Of a stretch of 64,000 nt of DNA, positions 46,883 through 61,335 are shown in pieces. The DNA is from Macrostomum lignano (lineage: Eukaryota). Both the position numbers and the translations under genes were made by a program. The stretch spans positions 82,908-146,907 of the forward strand of contig NIVC01002719.1 of NCBI GenBank assembly GCA_002269645.1, in the 5' to 3' direction. How positions within the stretch are numbered: the first letter of the stretch is position 1; the number at the start of each line of letters is the position of its first letter. The notes under the pieces were generated by a model, which saw only the letters and a program-made list of their open reading frames with translations, did no database searches and was not told the origin of the DNA.

Positions 46883-47167
46883 GGCTGTTGCTATTTCGCG
46901 GCCCGGCCCGGCCCGGGCGGCCCCTATTTAGCCAATGTAAATCTATTTTAGTAAATAAGTGAAACAAAAATACTGACCAGAATGCCGCATATTTTTAGAG
47001 TCAATTGTGAGTTTACTACATTGTAAAATATTGATTGTTAATTTAATGAACTTCTGATGCTCTATTTTTTAAATTAAGTTAAAAACCAAAGTAACAAGAC
47101 CGCCGGGCCGGGCCGGGCCGGGCCGGGCCGGGCCGGGCCGGGCCGGGCCGCGAAATAGCAACACCCC
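46883..47167. mobile_element. hAT-like MITE with (GGCCC)n subterminal repeats
   Basis: Inverted ends tgttgctatttcgcggcccggcccgg / ccgggccgggccgcgaaatagcaaca; ttgcggcc on both flanks (8-bp TSD). Confidence 0.75.
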
Positions 47168-48149
47168 TTGCGGCCAACGGCAGACGGTGACCTCACCCTT
47201 TTCCCCCCGGTAGGCCCCGTGTTTGGACCATTGGTTGTTATAGTTATTTTCCTTAGTTGGTCAATATAAATTTTCATCGGTTGAGTTTAATAATTTTGTG
47301 TGTATTTTTGCGGCTTTTGTTTTATAACCTGAATGTGGACACGTGTGTGGCCCCGTTGTTGATAAGTCCTGGCCACACACCTGGGAATTTTATAATTTCA
47401 TTGTATATATAAGTGTGTTTTCGGTTGAATTCTCTCTCTCTCTTTTTCTTCCTCCCGTTTTTTCGTCTTCCGTTTTTTTTGTTTTCCGTTTTCGTTTCCG
47501 TTGTTCTCGCTCGCGCTTGTGTTTTCGTGTGTTTCAGTTACAGTTTAATTCATCCTTAGTTTATTAGCGCACCGGCACCCACGAACTCATTTTCGTCTGT
47601 AGCTTAATTTTCTTAACAATAATAACCTGCCTGAATTAGTAACTTTCTTTGCGTTAATAATAAACAGACGGTCAATTAATCAGTTAATACTTATCCAGTT
47701 AATATAAGCCATAGCCTATCTTGAATCCTTTGCCCGTGGGGCGTAAAATAACCAATCAGTCTCAACTCAAAGAAAGCTCTGAGACCATTGAACGTTCCGT
47801 AATACGTAAATTACGGTGGTGGCAGCAACTACCCTACCAAAAGTAACGAGTTCAACACTTTGACGCATTAATTTACGGAGGCAGAAACTCCGGAGTTCCT
47901 ACAACTGAATGACCGTGCCGCTCTACGACCGCTCCGCTACGATTACAACTACCCTCCCCCCGGACTTGAGAACCCGGCAGTCGGAGTAAAAGGAGAAAAA
48001 TTTCGTTGTGATTCGTCTGCGCGATTTTCCGGTTTTTATTCGTGCGAACGCAACGCTACCGGTTTCGAAGAATTACCGCGGCTGACCTCCAATATCAAAT
48101 TTTGTTTTATCTTCTCCACCCCCACCTCAATATCTTCTATCTTCTTCTA

Positions 48150-48790
48150 AATCTAAATATACTAAATCTCTAATCTATCTTCTATCTTTCTATCTTCTAT
48201 CTTCTATCTTCTATCTAAATATACTAAATCTCTAAGGTTTGTATGTTTGTCCATAACGCTCTAGAGATTGCAATTCTTCACCGATTTTCATCGCGTTTTC
48301 GCCAAAAGATTTGTAATCAGCCTGGGATTGTATGGTTAAAATTTCTTGTATCTGCTTCAATGCTAAAGGGATTAAATATTCGAAAATCTGTTTTAAATGG
48401 GCGAATTCAATGTATTTTTTATCAACCTGCTCGCAGCGAGAGAATTTCACAGCCAATTTTAATGATTGCGCCAGAGCCAACTGATCAGAAAACTCAGTGA
48501 GCCCCACTGCCCAGATAATTACTTTATTTAAATTGCGCAACCATACCAGGGGTCAAAAATAAAATTACTCTGAATGCTGGGCATATTCTAAAACTCTAAT
48601 CTATGTCCATGTAAAACGCTCTACAGACTGCAATTCTTGACCAATTTTGATCGCGTTTTCGCCAAAACATTCAAAATTGTCTGAAAAGAAGACAGTTAAA
48701 ATTTCTTGTAGGTGCTTTAATGTTAAAGGTATTAAATATTCGAAAAACGAGCTTTTCGAATGCTTTTAATGAAAGGCCAAGCAAGGTTGA
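48150..48790 (+). mobile_element. Helitron/HINE-like 5' end with a duplicated internal block
   Basis: tctaaatatactaaatctc, (tctatct)n, gtttgtatgtttgtcc, then a block repeated at about 48600-48790 and related to 60955-61140. Confidence 0.5.
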
Positions 48791-50123
48791 ATTCTTGACT
48801 GGCTGAATTTTCATTCTAATTATAATTGCGCCACAACTGCGTTCTGCATATTCTCGCTTTAAACTGACTCTGAGCTTTTTAGGTGGACGCACTGTGCCAA
48901 GCATTGCGCAAGCATTTAACTGCTCAGTGGCTGTGTGTGCATTCTTCTGACCCTGGCTGAATGGCTCCGTCAGAACCAAACCTGTGCACACTGAGCAGCC
49001 TAACACTGCTATGTATTTGACTGCAATGTCGAAGCATATATGGCTGATTTTTGCGCCCTTCCATCAGTAGGCGGAATAGCCGCAGTATAGGCACTAGGAC
49101 TAGATTGAAGGTGTGCCACCTTAGCAGGTCGAAGTGCATTAATTGCTCAATATTTCGAAATTATTTTTGATTTCTTTGAGTACAGTTTTGCAACACATAA
49201 AACCCTAAAAATGTTAAACTATTGTAAACTACTTAGATGCTACGTATTTTAGTTACATATGTCCTATGTGACTAATTAATTATAATTTACCATTCATTAA
49301 TTTTTTAATCACAAAGTTCTATTAAATAGACTCAAAAAATCAAACTGAGACACATGAATTAACATCATATACTAAGGTCCAAGAAATAATACTCATAATA
49401 AATATCTTGGACATTTGGACTTACGAAAAATAATCTTGCAATTAACAACGAAATTAGTTAAAAAAAATTTTCGCCGCTCCGATTCTGTTCACTGTAATTT
49501 GAAATGAGATTTTCCTAGAAATTCAGCATTTCAAATGTACAGTTTAACGCCCACAGGTACGTGAAACCACCGGATGCGACTTTGCAGTGAAATGCTTTGC
49601 CATTTGATACAAGTTACCCAACATTAGGTAGCCTGATCATTTAGCTAAATCCATAATTAGGCACAGCAGCTTTCAAAACTCCGAAAAAACGAATTAATCA
49701 ATAAATATGTAAACTATTATATGAGAAAAATACTGCCGTGTCTAAAACAAAAAGCGTCGAGCATTTAACTAACCTCACACAGTGCAATGAGAATTAAAAA
49801 CAAAGATATTTTTATGGAAACTTTACACCATTTTTTACACTGTAAATTTTTTTACACTGTGAAAGGTTAATCAATGCTACTCACACTTTTAGGGACTTTC
49901 ACTGCACATTTTGTGGGCGGTGCTGCGCGCAATAATAGTTTCGCAAATTTGTATCAAAACCGCCAAACGGCAAACATGCGCGCAGTACCCACTCAATAGA
50001 GTGTTCGTTTTTGGAAAGAATATTTAAATTGTAACTCGAGCAGACATTAGCTTTTTAAGTGCTTTGCTTATGAGAATTCAGCAGCCACTGCAACGCAAAT
50101 TACGCAATTTATCGTAAATAATT

Positions 50124-53100
50124 GGATGGTTGTTGACTGGACGTATGGTTGTGACTGGATTGTTGCTGACTGGATGGTTGCTGACTGGATGGACGGTTGC
50201 TGACTGGATGGTTGCTGACTGGACGTATGGTTGTGACTGGATTGTTGCTGACTGGAATGGTTGCTGACTGGACGGATGGTTGCTGACTGGATGGTTGCTG
50301 ACTGGACGTATGGTTGTGACTGGATTGTTGCTGACTGGATGGTTGCTAACTGGATGGACGGTTGCTCACTGGATGGCTGCTGACTCGATGGCTGCTGACT
50401 AGATGGCTGCTGACTGGATGGTTGCTGACTGGATGTATGGTTGTGACTGGATTGTTGCTGACTGGATTGTTGCTGACTGGATGGACTGTTGTTGACTGGA
50501 TGGTTGCTGACTGGATGGATGTTTGCTGACTGGATGGTTGCTGACTGGATGGTTGCTGACTGGATGGTCGCTGACTGGATGGTTGTTGACTGGATGGGTG
50601 CTGACTGGATGGATGGTTGCTGACTGGATGGATGTTTGCTGACTGGATGGCTGCTGACAGGATGGCTGCTGACTGGATGGTTGCTGACTGGACGGTTGCT
50701 GACTCGATGGATGGTTGCTGACTAGATGGTTGCTGCCTGGATGGTTTCCGACTGGATGGATGTTTGCTGACTGGATGGTTGCTGACTGGACGGATGGTTG
50801 TGACTGGATTGTTGCTGACTGGATGGACGGTTGCTGACTGGATGGTTGCTGACTGGATGGTTGCTGACTGGATTGTTCCTGACTGGATTGTTGCTGACTG
50901 GACGGACGGTTGCTGACTGGATGGTTGCTGACTGGATGTATGGTTGTGACTGGATTGTTGCTGACTGGATTGTTGCTGACTGGATGGACGGTTGCTGACT
51001 GGATGGTTGCTGACTGGATGTATGGTTGTGACTGGATTGTTGCTGACTGGATGGATGGTTGCTGACTGGATGGACTGTTGTTGACTGGATGGTTGCTGAC
51101 TGGATGGATGTTTGCTGACTGGATGGTTGCTGACTGGATGGTTGCTGACTGGATGGTTGCTGACTGGATGGTCGCTGACTGGATGGTTGTTGACTGGATG
51201 GTTGCTGACTGGATGGACGGTTGTTGACTGGATGGTTGCTGACTGGATGGATGATTGCTGACTGGATGGTTGCTGACTGGACGGTTGCTGACTGGATGGA
51301 TGGTTGCTGACTGGACGGTTGCTGACTGGATGGACGGTTGCTGACTGGATTGTTGCTGACTGGATTGTTGCTGACTGGATGGACGGTTGCTGACTGGATG
51401 GTTGCTGACTGGATGTATGGTTGTGACTGGATTGTTGCTGACTGGATTGTTGCTGACTGGATTGTTGCTGACTGGATGATTGGTTGCTGACTTGATGGAC
51501 TGTTGTTGACTGGATGGTTGCTGACTGGATGGATGTTTGCTGACTGGATGGTTGCTGACTGGATGGTTGCTGACTGGATGGTCGCTGACTGGATGGTTGT
51601 TGACTGGATGGGTGCTGACTGGATGGACGGTTGCTGACTGGATGGCTGCTGACTGGATGGCTGCTGACAGGATGGCTGCTGACTGGATGGTTGCTGACTG
51701 GACGGATGGTTGCTGACTGGATGGTTGCTAACTGGATGGACGGTTGCTCACTGGATGGCTGCTGACTCGATGGCTGCTGACTAGATGGCTGCTGACTGGA
51801 TGGTTGCTGACTGGATGTATGGTTGTGACTGGATTGTTGCTGACTGGATTGTTGCTGACTGGATGGACTGTTGTTGACTGGATGGTTGCTGACTGGATGG
51901 ATGTTTGCTGACTGGATGGTTGCTGACTGGATGGTTGCTGACTGGATGGTCGCTGACTGGATGGTTGTTGACTGGATGGGTGCTGACTGGATGGATGGTT
52001 GCTGACTGGATGAATGTTTGCTGACTGGATGGCTGCTGACAGGATGGCTGCTGACTGGATGGTTGCTGACTGGACGGTTGCTGACTCGATGGATGGTTGC
52101 TGACTAGATGGTTGCTGCCTGGATGGTTTCCGACTGGATGGATGTTTGCTGACTGGATGGTTGCTGACTGGACGGATGGTTGTGACTGGATTGTTGCTGA
52201 CTGGATGGACGGTTGCTGACTGGATGGTTGCTGACTGGATGGTTGCTGACTGGATTGTTCCTGACTGGATTGTTGCTGACTGGATGGACGGTTGCTGACT
52301 GGATGGTTGCTGACTGGATGTATGGTTGTGACTGGATTGTTGCTGACTGGATTGTTGCTGACTGGATGGACGGTTGCTGACTGGATGGTTGCTGACTGGA
52401 TGTATGGTTGTGACTGGATTGTTGCTGACTGGATGGATGGTTGCTGACTGGATGGACTGTTGTTGACTGGATGGTTGCTGACTGGATGGATGTTTGCTGA
52501 CTGGATGGTTGCTGACTGGATGGTTGCTGACTGGATGGTTGCTGACTGGATGGTCGCTGACTGGATGGTTGTTGACTGGATGGTTGCTGACTGGATGGAC
52601 GGTTGCTGACTGGATGGTTGCTGACTGGATGTATGGTTGTGACTGGATTGTTGCTGACTGGATTGTTGCTGACTGGATGATTGGTTGCTGACTTGATGGA
52701 CTGTTGTTGACTGGATGGTTGCTGACTGGATGGATGTTTGCTGACTGGATGGTTGCTGACTGGATGGTTGCTGACTGGATGGTCGCTGACTGGATGGTTG
52801 TTGACTGGATGGGTGCTGACTGGATGGACGGTTGCTGACTGGATGGCTGCTGACTGGATGGCTGCTGACAGGATGGCTGCTGACTGGATGGTTGCTGACT
52901 GGACGGATGGTTGCTGACTGGATGGTTGCTGACTGGATGTATGGTTGTGACTGGATTGTTGCTGACTGGATGGATGGTTGCTGACTGGATGGACTGTTGT
53001 TGACTGGATGGTTGCTGACTGGATGGATGTTTGCTGACTGGATGGACTGTTGTTGACTGGATGGTTGCTGACTGGATGGTTGCTGACTGGATGGTCGCTG

Positions 53101-54292
53101 ACTGGATGGTTGTTGACTGGATGGGTGCTGACTGGATGGACGGTTGCTGACTGGATGGCTGCTGACTGGATGGCTGCTGACAGGATGGCTGCTGACTGGA
53201 TGGTTGCTGACTGGACGGATGGTTGCTGACTGGATGGTTGCTGACTGGATGGTTGCTGACTGGATTGTTGCTGACTGGATGGATGGTTGCTGGACGAATG
53301 GTTGCTGACTGGATGGTTGCTGACTGGATGGTTGCTGACTGGATGGTTGCTGAATGGATGGATGGTTGCTGACTGGATGGTTGCTGACTGGATGGTTGCT
53401 GACTGGACGTATGGTTGTGACTGGATGGTTGCCGACTGGATGGTCGCTGACTGGACGGATGATTGCTGACTGGACGGATGGTTGCTGACTGGACGGATGG
53501 TTGCTGACTGGATGACTGCTGACTGGATGGTTGTGACTGGATGGTTGCTGACTGGATGATTGCTGACTGGATTGTTGCTGACTGGATGGACGGTTGCTGA
53601 CTGGATGGCTGCTGACTGGACGGATGCTGACTGGATGGTTGCTGACTGGATGGTTGCTGACTGGATGGATGCTGACTGGACGAATGGTTGCTGACTGGAT
53701 GGATGTTTGCTGACTGGATGGTTGCTGACTGGATTGTTGCTGACTGGATGGATGGTTGCTGGACGAATGGTTGCTGACTGGATGGTTGCTGACTGGATGG
53801 TTGCTGACTGGATGGTTGCTGAATGGATGGATGGTTGCTGACTGGATGGTTGCTGACTGGATGGTTGCTGACTGGACGTATGGTTGTGACTGGATGGTTG
53901 CCGACTGGATGGTCGCTGACTGGACGGATGATTGCTGACTGGACGGATGGTTGCTGACTGGACGGATGGTTGCTGACTGGATGACTGCTGACTGGATGGT
54001 TGTGACTGGATGGTTGCTGACTGGATGATTGCTGACTGGATTGTTGCTGACTGGATGGACGGTTGCTGACTGGATGGCTGCTGACTGGACGGATGCTGAC
54101 TGGATGGTTGCTGACTGGATGGTTGCTGACTGGATGGATGCTGACTGGACGAATGGTTGCTGACTGGATGGATGTTTGCTGACTGGATGGTTGCTGACTG
54201 GATGGTTGCTGACTGGATTGTTGCTGACTGACGGCTGCTGACTGGACGGATGCTGACTGGATGGATAGTTGCTGACTAAATAGTTGCCGACT
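50124..54292. repeat. 4.2-kb satellite of 15-bp GACTGGATGGTTGCT units with 18/19-bp variants and higher-order repeats
   Basis: Rare variant blocks recur with periods of 1382 bp (50341/51723) and 469 bp (53291/53760). Confidence 0.98.
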
Positions 54293-54305
54293 TTAGAATA
54301 GCAAG

Positions 54306-57300
54306 TTAGCGGCTATCAGAATTCGCGGATGAGCACATTCTCAGCAAACGCTTTTGCTCATGCAACTGCGTCTGCACTTTTTGTGCAGAAAAAAGGCTCA
54401 CGAAATTGTTGTAATCGCAACTTGATACTCGCAAATCTGCAAATGCACGAACTCTACTCACCGCAGTATAAAATAATCCAGCTGGAATAGCTTTCCTGGC
54501 GCCTCCTTTGCTAAACGCCACGTACGCTTTTGGAATTGTAAGTCCTTGGCTCTTGTGAATCGTACTAGCCCAAGCCAATCGTAGTGGAAATTGTTGACGC
54601 GACAATTGGGCTCCTCCTTTAAACTTTTCATTCGTTACTGACAGAATTGGCACTACACGAATTGCACGATTATCTTGTACAATTGCCCCCATTGCTGGGC
54701 CAGAATAATTGTCAAATTCAACCCAAATACAATCTGGCCAATCCTTTGGTGATTGCCTTCCAGGAGCGTAGCAAATTCCTCGTACAGTTCCAACTGATCC
54801 ATTCACAAGTCCATTGCGTACTGACAGATTTCTAGTTAGCATTACTCGAGCACCAATACACAAATAGAGTCGCTTCTCCAGATTCGTATCCGATTTTTTA
54901 TGTTCCTTCTTTTTGCCACACAATTTTGCTTCGTCTCCTTTACAAATTGCGTTAATTTGCCGCACAGGATTCAATTCGGAAACCATCTTTCCCAATAGCA
55001 TGTAGTTGCGATTTCTCACATCCTCGTTAGTGTGATATAAAAATGTACACCCGCTTTGGAAACCTTCAGGCAAAAGGTCGGGAGCATAGACGCGACAATT
55101 GTTCATCAACGAATTCCAGCAGGCTTCGTCGGCCTTGCCTTCGCGAAGTTTATCCAACAACTGGGCGAATTCCGTATCGTTTGCTTGTCGGACTTGTTCT
55201 GTCAGATGCACAACCTTTTTGAACTCCATGTACAATTTATAGCCTTCAGATTTCAATATATCGTGCTTCTTTTGATTTGGATTGTAAACGTACAGTTGCG
55301 TGTCCAAAACTGGAGGCAATTGAAACACGTCGCCAATTAGGATTACAGATCGACCACCAAAACTCTGTTTACTGTGTTCTGGAAACAATTCGCGCAAACG
55401 AGCATCCACCTTACGGAGTAACCTTTGGCCAAGCATGCTAAATTCGTCAATAAAAATGTAGCGCACATCTTTCCACTGCTCTTGCATCTCCATTAGGGAT
55501 TTCTTGCCAACACCAGCACTAAAATTTACATTCAATTTCAAAGCCGAGTGCAAAGTTTCGCCTGCAATATTGAAAGCGGCTACGCCTGTTGATGCCATAA
55601 TTCTGCATCTTGATTCTCCAATCAACCGACGCAATGTAGAAATCAAGTAGCTTTTTCCAGTTCCAGCGCTACCATACAAAATTGCTTTGAGAGGCTCCGG
55701 CTTTTCGCCTTGGTTTTCTTCGGCTAGTCTTGAAAGCTGCAAATGACTTTCAATTAGGTTGTACATTTCTCGCTGCCGAACATTAAGCGATTCAACACTG
55801 TTTATCGGCATGTCAGCGACCTCTCTTGCGCCAAGTTTTAGGTCGCTACTTAAAAACGCCTTTGCTTCTCCAACCGTTGGAAACTGGCCGCCACTAGCTG
55901 CGCTCCAGTCAAAATTTTCTGGCGGCTTTGGCAATTGATCTTCTGGACAGGCCAATAGATTTCTCTCGCGATGAAGTGCCCCCACTGCAACCATCCAATC
56001 TTCTTGCTCTTCGTGCTCATAAGTTGGCTGAGCAGCAGATTGCGCATTTGCGTTGGTCATTTCGGGTAGCTCCGCAACTGCTTCGACTTCTTCGTCAGCT
56101 TCGTCGTTGCGCAAATCGTCCAAATTGGGCAGCTGCAGCTCGCATCGATTCTCAGCAGGCATGGCTTCGTACGCTTGCTGCCAGCTTGTGTGCAAACCTT
56201 TGGCTTCTCGCTCATTTCGCCAACAACTGTACAACAAAACCTGCTGCCGATAATAGCCTTCGCGTCTTTCGTCTGATTGCTCATTCGGTCGAAAAAATGG
56301 ACTGATTAGCAAAACTACTTGTTTCGGCCTTTTTGTGCACCTCCCATTAGGGCTGAGACAGTAGTCGGAAAAGAAACGAAACATTGTTACATTTTCCAAA
56401 TTCTTTGCACGCTTTGAATACTTGTCGCAACTATTCCTGCAAACACCCTTTTCCTCCACTGCGCGGGTTTCGCCAGTCTGAACAAAAACAAATTCTCGCG
56501 AACCCTTGTACATTGACGTCTGCAATAGCAAATGCATTGCCTCTTGCGCCGAATAATCACGCGCTCCAACTTGCGCCATCAAGTGTTGTTGTACAACACG
56601 CCTTGCAGTGTTGCTACGCTGAAAATTGTTATCGGCATTCTGTTCTGCATTATCTTCCAACTCCTTATGAAGACGCTTTGTCAGCTCCGCCATATAATCC
56701 GACTCCTTTTCGCTTTTTGTCGCATACTTGATCAAATAGCGAATCAAATTCTTCACGGACGAAATCATTTGAACATCGACATTGGCTCTCCACATGCACA
56801 GCAACTGCGGACTGTGAGAAATCATTCGCTCGTCGTTGCGCTGCGTCTCAACTTGCCAATTTAAACGGGATACTCGCTTTGCAACAGTCTTTTCCTGCGG
56901 CTCGCGCGGATACTTGAATCGGCACTCTTGTTTGCCTTTTACTGTTCGCAAGCACTTTTTACTGCAAATAGTGTGCCTCTCTGTCAAATGCGAAATTAAC
57001 TGCAAATCTTGCTTGTCATTTTCAATCTCTTCCGGTTTCAGTTGAGCTGGATGACCTTGACCTGCTAAACTGCCATTCAAAACTTGATTTCCATAATCCG
57101 ATTCGTCCATGGCCAAATTCCAACTACAGATGTACTTGTCAACAAAGCTCGTCAATTCTTCTGCATTCAATGTATTCGATGTCACATCAACACCATCTGG
57201 CATCCAAATGCAACCGTGAACGTGTGGACTTCCGCGACTCTGATATTCTATGCGAAACCAATAATCGTTTACTTTCCAGTGCTCGACCAAAAAACGTTTC

Positions 57301-60300
57301 AAACATGTTTCAAATCGCAACCAAAACACAGTGTCTGCCATTCCGGATCTTTTTGCAACTTTGACAACATTTCTGCTCTTAGTTCTACATTGCTTTCATA
57401 TTGCTCTGCATCGATTCCCCAGGCATGCTGCAACTCTGGCCAATGTACATCTGCTGCCGATAGTGTCACGAAAAAATGAGGAACACCAAGCGTTCGAATC
57501 ATGGCTTCCAATTGCCGTCCTTTACTCTGCCAATAAGCGCTTGTGCCTCGCAAATCTGATGCTCGAACTGACACGCTAGCCAATACTGCCGGGTCATTTA
57601 GTGCTTCAATCATTTCCTTGGCACTTAATCCAGCATACTTGTTGTCGTGTACAAACACGCGACCAACTTCCAGCGCCCTCCAACGCATCACCATATTTTC
57701 AATGTAAAATTTAAACCGCAAATCGGTACGAAATCTTGGACACCGGAATTGCATCAAATGCTTTGCATAGTCGCCCAAACTTAGTCCAAAATTACGTGGC
57801 GTACTATAATCTCCTGCTCCATCCGGAAAGAGATGAGGATAAGCCAATGTAAAATATCCTTCATCCTGAAATTCGTTTACCGGCTCGTTGCTTCTTGCTG
57901 GCCATTTCAATTTTTCACTCAAAAATTTGTCTCGTACTGCCGATTCCAATCGACGCAAAGGAGTCTCCAACAGCGAACTAATTGTTTCCTCGAGCTCGTT
58001 CGTCTCGTCCGCATTTTTTTCTACTTGTTGCTGCAATCGCTCAGCTCTGGCTGAGCCGCCTTCTTGCTGTGCCGCCTCGAAATTCACTTCATTGTCAGAC
58101 TGCATTTCGACAATCATACCTTCTACTTGATGAGCATAACCATCTTCAGGCAGATGTAGCAACGCATCATTATTCATTGAAACCTGATACTGTCTAAAGT
58201 ACTTGTTGTTTGCCATTAAATAGCGCATCGCATTAGTCACTTTGTCGCGTCGAACTCGCAAATTGTTCATTGTGCCGCTTTGCGCTTCTCCAGGCTGAAC
58301 ACGGGCTCTTTCGTCGTACATTAAAACAACTGGCAGAGATCGTCTTGGCAGCTCTCGCAAAACGTGCGACTGATCTTGAGGCAACATGATTCCGTGTCCT
58401 CTCGATTTTGTTTGCTTTTGGGGAAAAATTTGTACCACAACAATAACCGACAAAACTGGCGAAATCAACATTTGCTCTGCTACACTCAAATCTTGCAAAT
58501 CTTCTGGCTGCTCCAACATCGGAATCGCATTGTTTTCTTGGCTAAACGATTTCGGCTCATTGTCATCTCTGAAACAACGATCGCACATGTCTTCAGAATC
58601 GATGCTAAAATATTTTCCAGGAAACTTTTCCCTACACACGTAGCACTGTTTCAAATGTGATACTTTTGTTATGTTTTCATTGAAAAAGTCTTGCCTCATC
58701 TTTTTGAACTGGTCTGTGAACGGATTGCGAAGGCACTTTGGCAGATTAGGATCTCCGATTTCATCTTCAACAATTGGAGCATCTTGAGCGCTCTCTTCTG
58801 AAGTGCTGCTCTGCGGAACATTTTCTTTAGCTGGCTGCTGCTCCATTGTAGGCCGCTTTCTGGGTGACGAACGGATCGCTTCATCAGGCTTCTCCTGAGT
58901 AGCACGTGTCTTTCGTGGTGATGAATACGTAGAAGTAGCTGGAATATTATCAGACTGACGTTTATCTTGCTGCTCCTGCTGCAAAGGTGCCGTCTTCCTA
59001 GGCGACGATCGAACGGGTTCGCAGATATGATTTTCTGCGTTTGTCAATCTCTGTTTCCGTGGTAAAGAATTTGCATAGTTGACCACTTGCTGCTGGTTTT
59101 TCAAACGCTCGCTGCGACGAGTAGGAGCACTTGGTACAACGTCGCTCTTCTTTTCTCGACCTCTTCCTTTTTCCAAATGGCAAGAAACGCTTGAAACCGC
59201 CGAAACTGAGTCGCCACAACCGATGCAACTGCAACATGGTGCTCTCCGAGTGCGACTGCTTCTTCTCAATAAGCTCTGACCAGATACACTAGAGGCTGCA
59301 ACAGACACAGACTCTAATGTGTTTGCTTTAGCGCTCAGTCGACTACTCCGACGCGTAGCGCAACTTGCCTTCCCAACATCCTTTTTACGCCGACTGCGCC
59401 GCGGAACATTTGATGGCACGGACTCTGACACACGATCACTTTTAACTGACTCTGACACATGCTCAATTTCAACTGACTCTGCGCTATCCTCCGCGTCAAG
59501 ATCGACATTCCAATTCCAGACAGAGTTGTTCCGATCCCGAAGCACTTCATATGAATTCGGATGCGCAAACAAACTCGTATTATTTTCCAAGGACTTTGCT
59601 TGATTTCTACAACGTCCCTTCCAATGCCTACTTTGAACTCGGGTCCAGTCTGCAACCTTTTCAAAAGGCGTCATTGGTGGAGCTGGAGGTGGCATCATTA
59701 CAACAGGATCTTCGACAACATGAACATTCTCGTTGAGAGGGGGCATTTCCACATTCTTGGCGCTCAAATCTCCTTGGCCAGTCGGCCGAACTGAGCTTGC
59801 TTCATTAACTTCCAAATCATTGACACGAACGATTTCGTAGTGTTGACTACCAGGATTAAACAACAATCGAATAGTAGCCAAACGTTCTCCAATATTCGGT
59901 CGGAATAATGGCCAGGCCGCGCTAGATTAAGCATGTTTGACTGATAAATAAACACTTCTAGCCGCAACAGTTCACCAATTAGTTCTGGAACTCCGCATGG
60001 CACGTACATACGGGGACGCCTTGTATCGTCGCGCACTTTTTCCCAATTCAGTCCTGTTTGCATAATTCTTTCCTGATTATTGACATCGCGATGCACCCAT
60101 TGCTCGAATTCTGCAGCAACCGCATCTCGAAAATCTTCTACGCTTAGCGATTGATAGGCGGAAAAACCTGGCAGTTCTTGTAATTGTCTCAATATGGCCG
60201 TGAAAAAACAGTTGCCGTCACCTCGTACATTCTCAACGCGACACGAAGAAAAAGGAACCCATACAGGTTGGACTTGTACAGCAGCAGTTACATGACCTTC

Positions 60301-60895
60301 GGCAAAATCCATTGCAGTAGCACCTGTTTCATCTGTAAAAGAATACAACTCTTAAACAGTGAGGTATGATAATTTTAAGGAATTGAGCATTAATTGTATT
60401 TTGCACAAGTCGTAAACACTAAAATCTAATTTTCAATATTCGCAAGCAAAGTCAGATGTAAGAAAGAAAATTAACTTGTACTATGCATAGAAATTCAATA
60501 AAAAATAAAACTCTCACCAGCACTCAAGTAGCCTATAAGTTGCTCATTGTAAGCAGCACCAGAATTGGGCACTTCAGCATCACCTTCGACCACGGGGTAT
60601 TCCGAAGCAGCCAGAGCGTCGGCCAGAGCAGCATCATGTTCAGCTAGCAGGGCAGCCAGACCAGCCTCGTCCAGCTTAATCACAGACTCAGTTTAGCAGC
60701 AGCATCAGCAGAAGCACCAGCTTTAGTCCCAGCAGCGGCAATAGAAGAGGCAGCAGCAGCTTCCGGTTGTACATCTGGCTCTTGAATCTGTTCTTCGCCA
60801 GCAGTTAAATCACCGACAGCAGCAACTTTAATATTATTCTTGGAGCGGCTCCAGTTTTTCTTCTTCGGCCGTCCGCACTTTTTCGCACCTGTTTA
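54306..60895 (-). mobile_element. Helentron/Helitron2-type gene: OTU protease, Zn finger, Rep (HUH), PIF1 helicase; frameshifts near 59890 and 57340; upstream exon about 60515-60895
   Basis: OTU VRGDGNCFF...HY; Rep FFVTLSAAD, FRIEYQSRGSPHVH, YLIKYATK; PIF1 GSAGTGKS, FIDEFSM, GDVFQLPPV, QFPLRLAWASTIHKSQGLT. No C-terminal APE endonuclease. Confidence 0.93.
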
Positions 60896-60923
60896 AAGTC
60901 ACAGTAAAAAAGAAATTTATAAA

Positions 60924-61140
60924 TCTACCTATATATATATATATATATATATGTCTGTCCATCTATTTCGCTCTAGAGCGTGCCATTCTTGATCAATTTT
61001 GATAGCGTTTTTTCTAAACTATTGCAGATTTTGCACTGATTATACAGTGGTCAAAATTTCTTAAATCTGCTCAAATTCTAAGGGTGTTAAACATTCGAAA
61101 ATAGAGTTTCTATAATTATTTTAATGATCTGTCAAACAAG
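60924..61140 (+). mobile_element. Helitron/HINE-like 5' end related to 48150-48790
   Basis: tctacc(ta)n tgtctgtcc, then cgctctagag...caattttgat.gcgtttt...aaatttctt...ttaaa.attcgaaaa shared with the 48-kb copies. Confidence 0.45.
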
Positions 61141-61169
61141 GTCAGATTCCAATTGAATTTATTCCCTTT

Positions 61170-61335
61170 GTCGAAACTATTCAGTCGAAACTACTCAGTC
61201 GAAACTATTGAGTTCACACTATTCAGTCAAAACTACTCAGTCAAGATTATTAAGTCTAAACTATTCAGTTGTAACTATTCAGTTTGAAATTATTCTGTCT
61301 GTCAAAACTATTCAGGCGAAACTATTCAATCTAAA
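61170..61335. repeat. 14-bp degenerate tandem repeat (cgaaactattcagt)
   Basis: About 10 imperfect units. Confidence 0.8.

Noticed and set aside
50124-54292. ORFs (WMVAD/GWLLT repeats) in the 15-bp satellite
   Set aside because: Products of the repeat periodicity; frames are broken by 18/19-bp variants.
54647-59794. Numerous + strand ORFs opposite the Helentron and the Gypsy genes
   Set aside because: Antisense shadows of long coding regions; no motifs.
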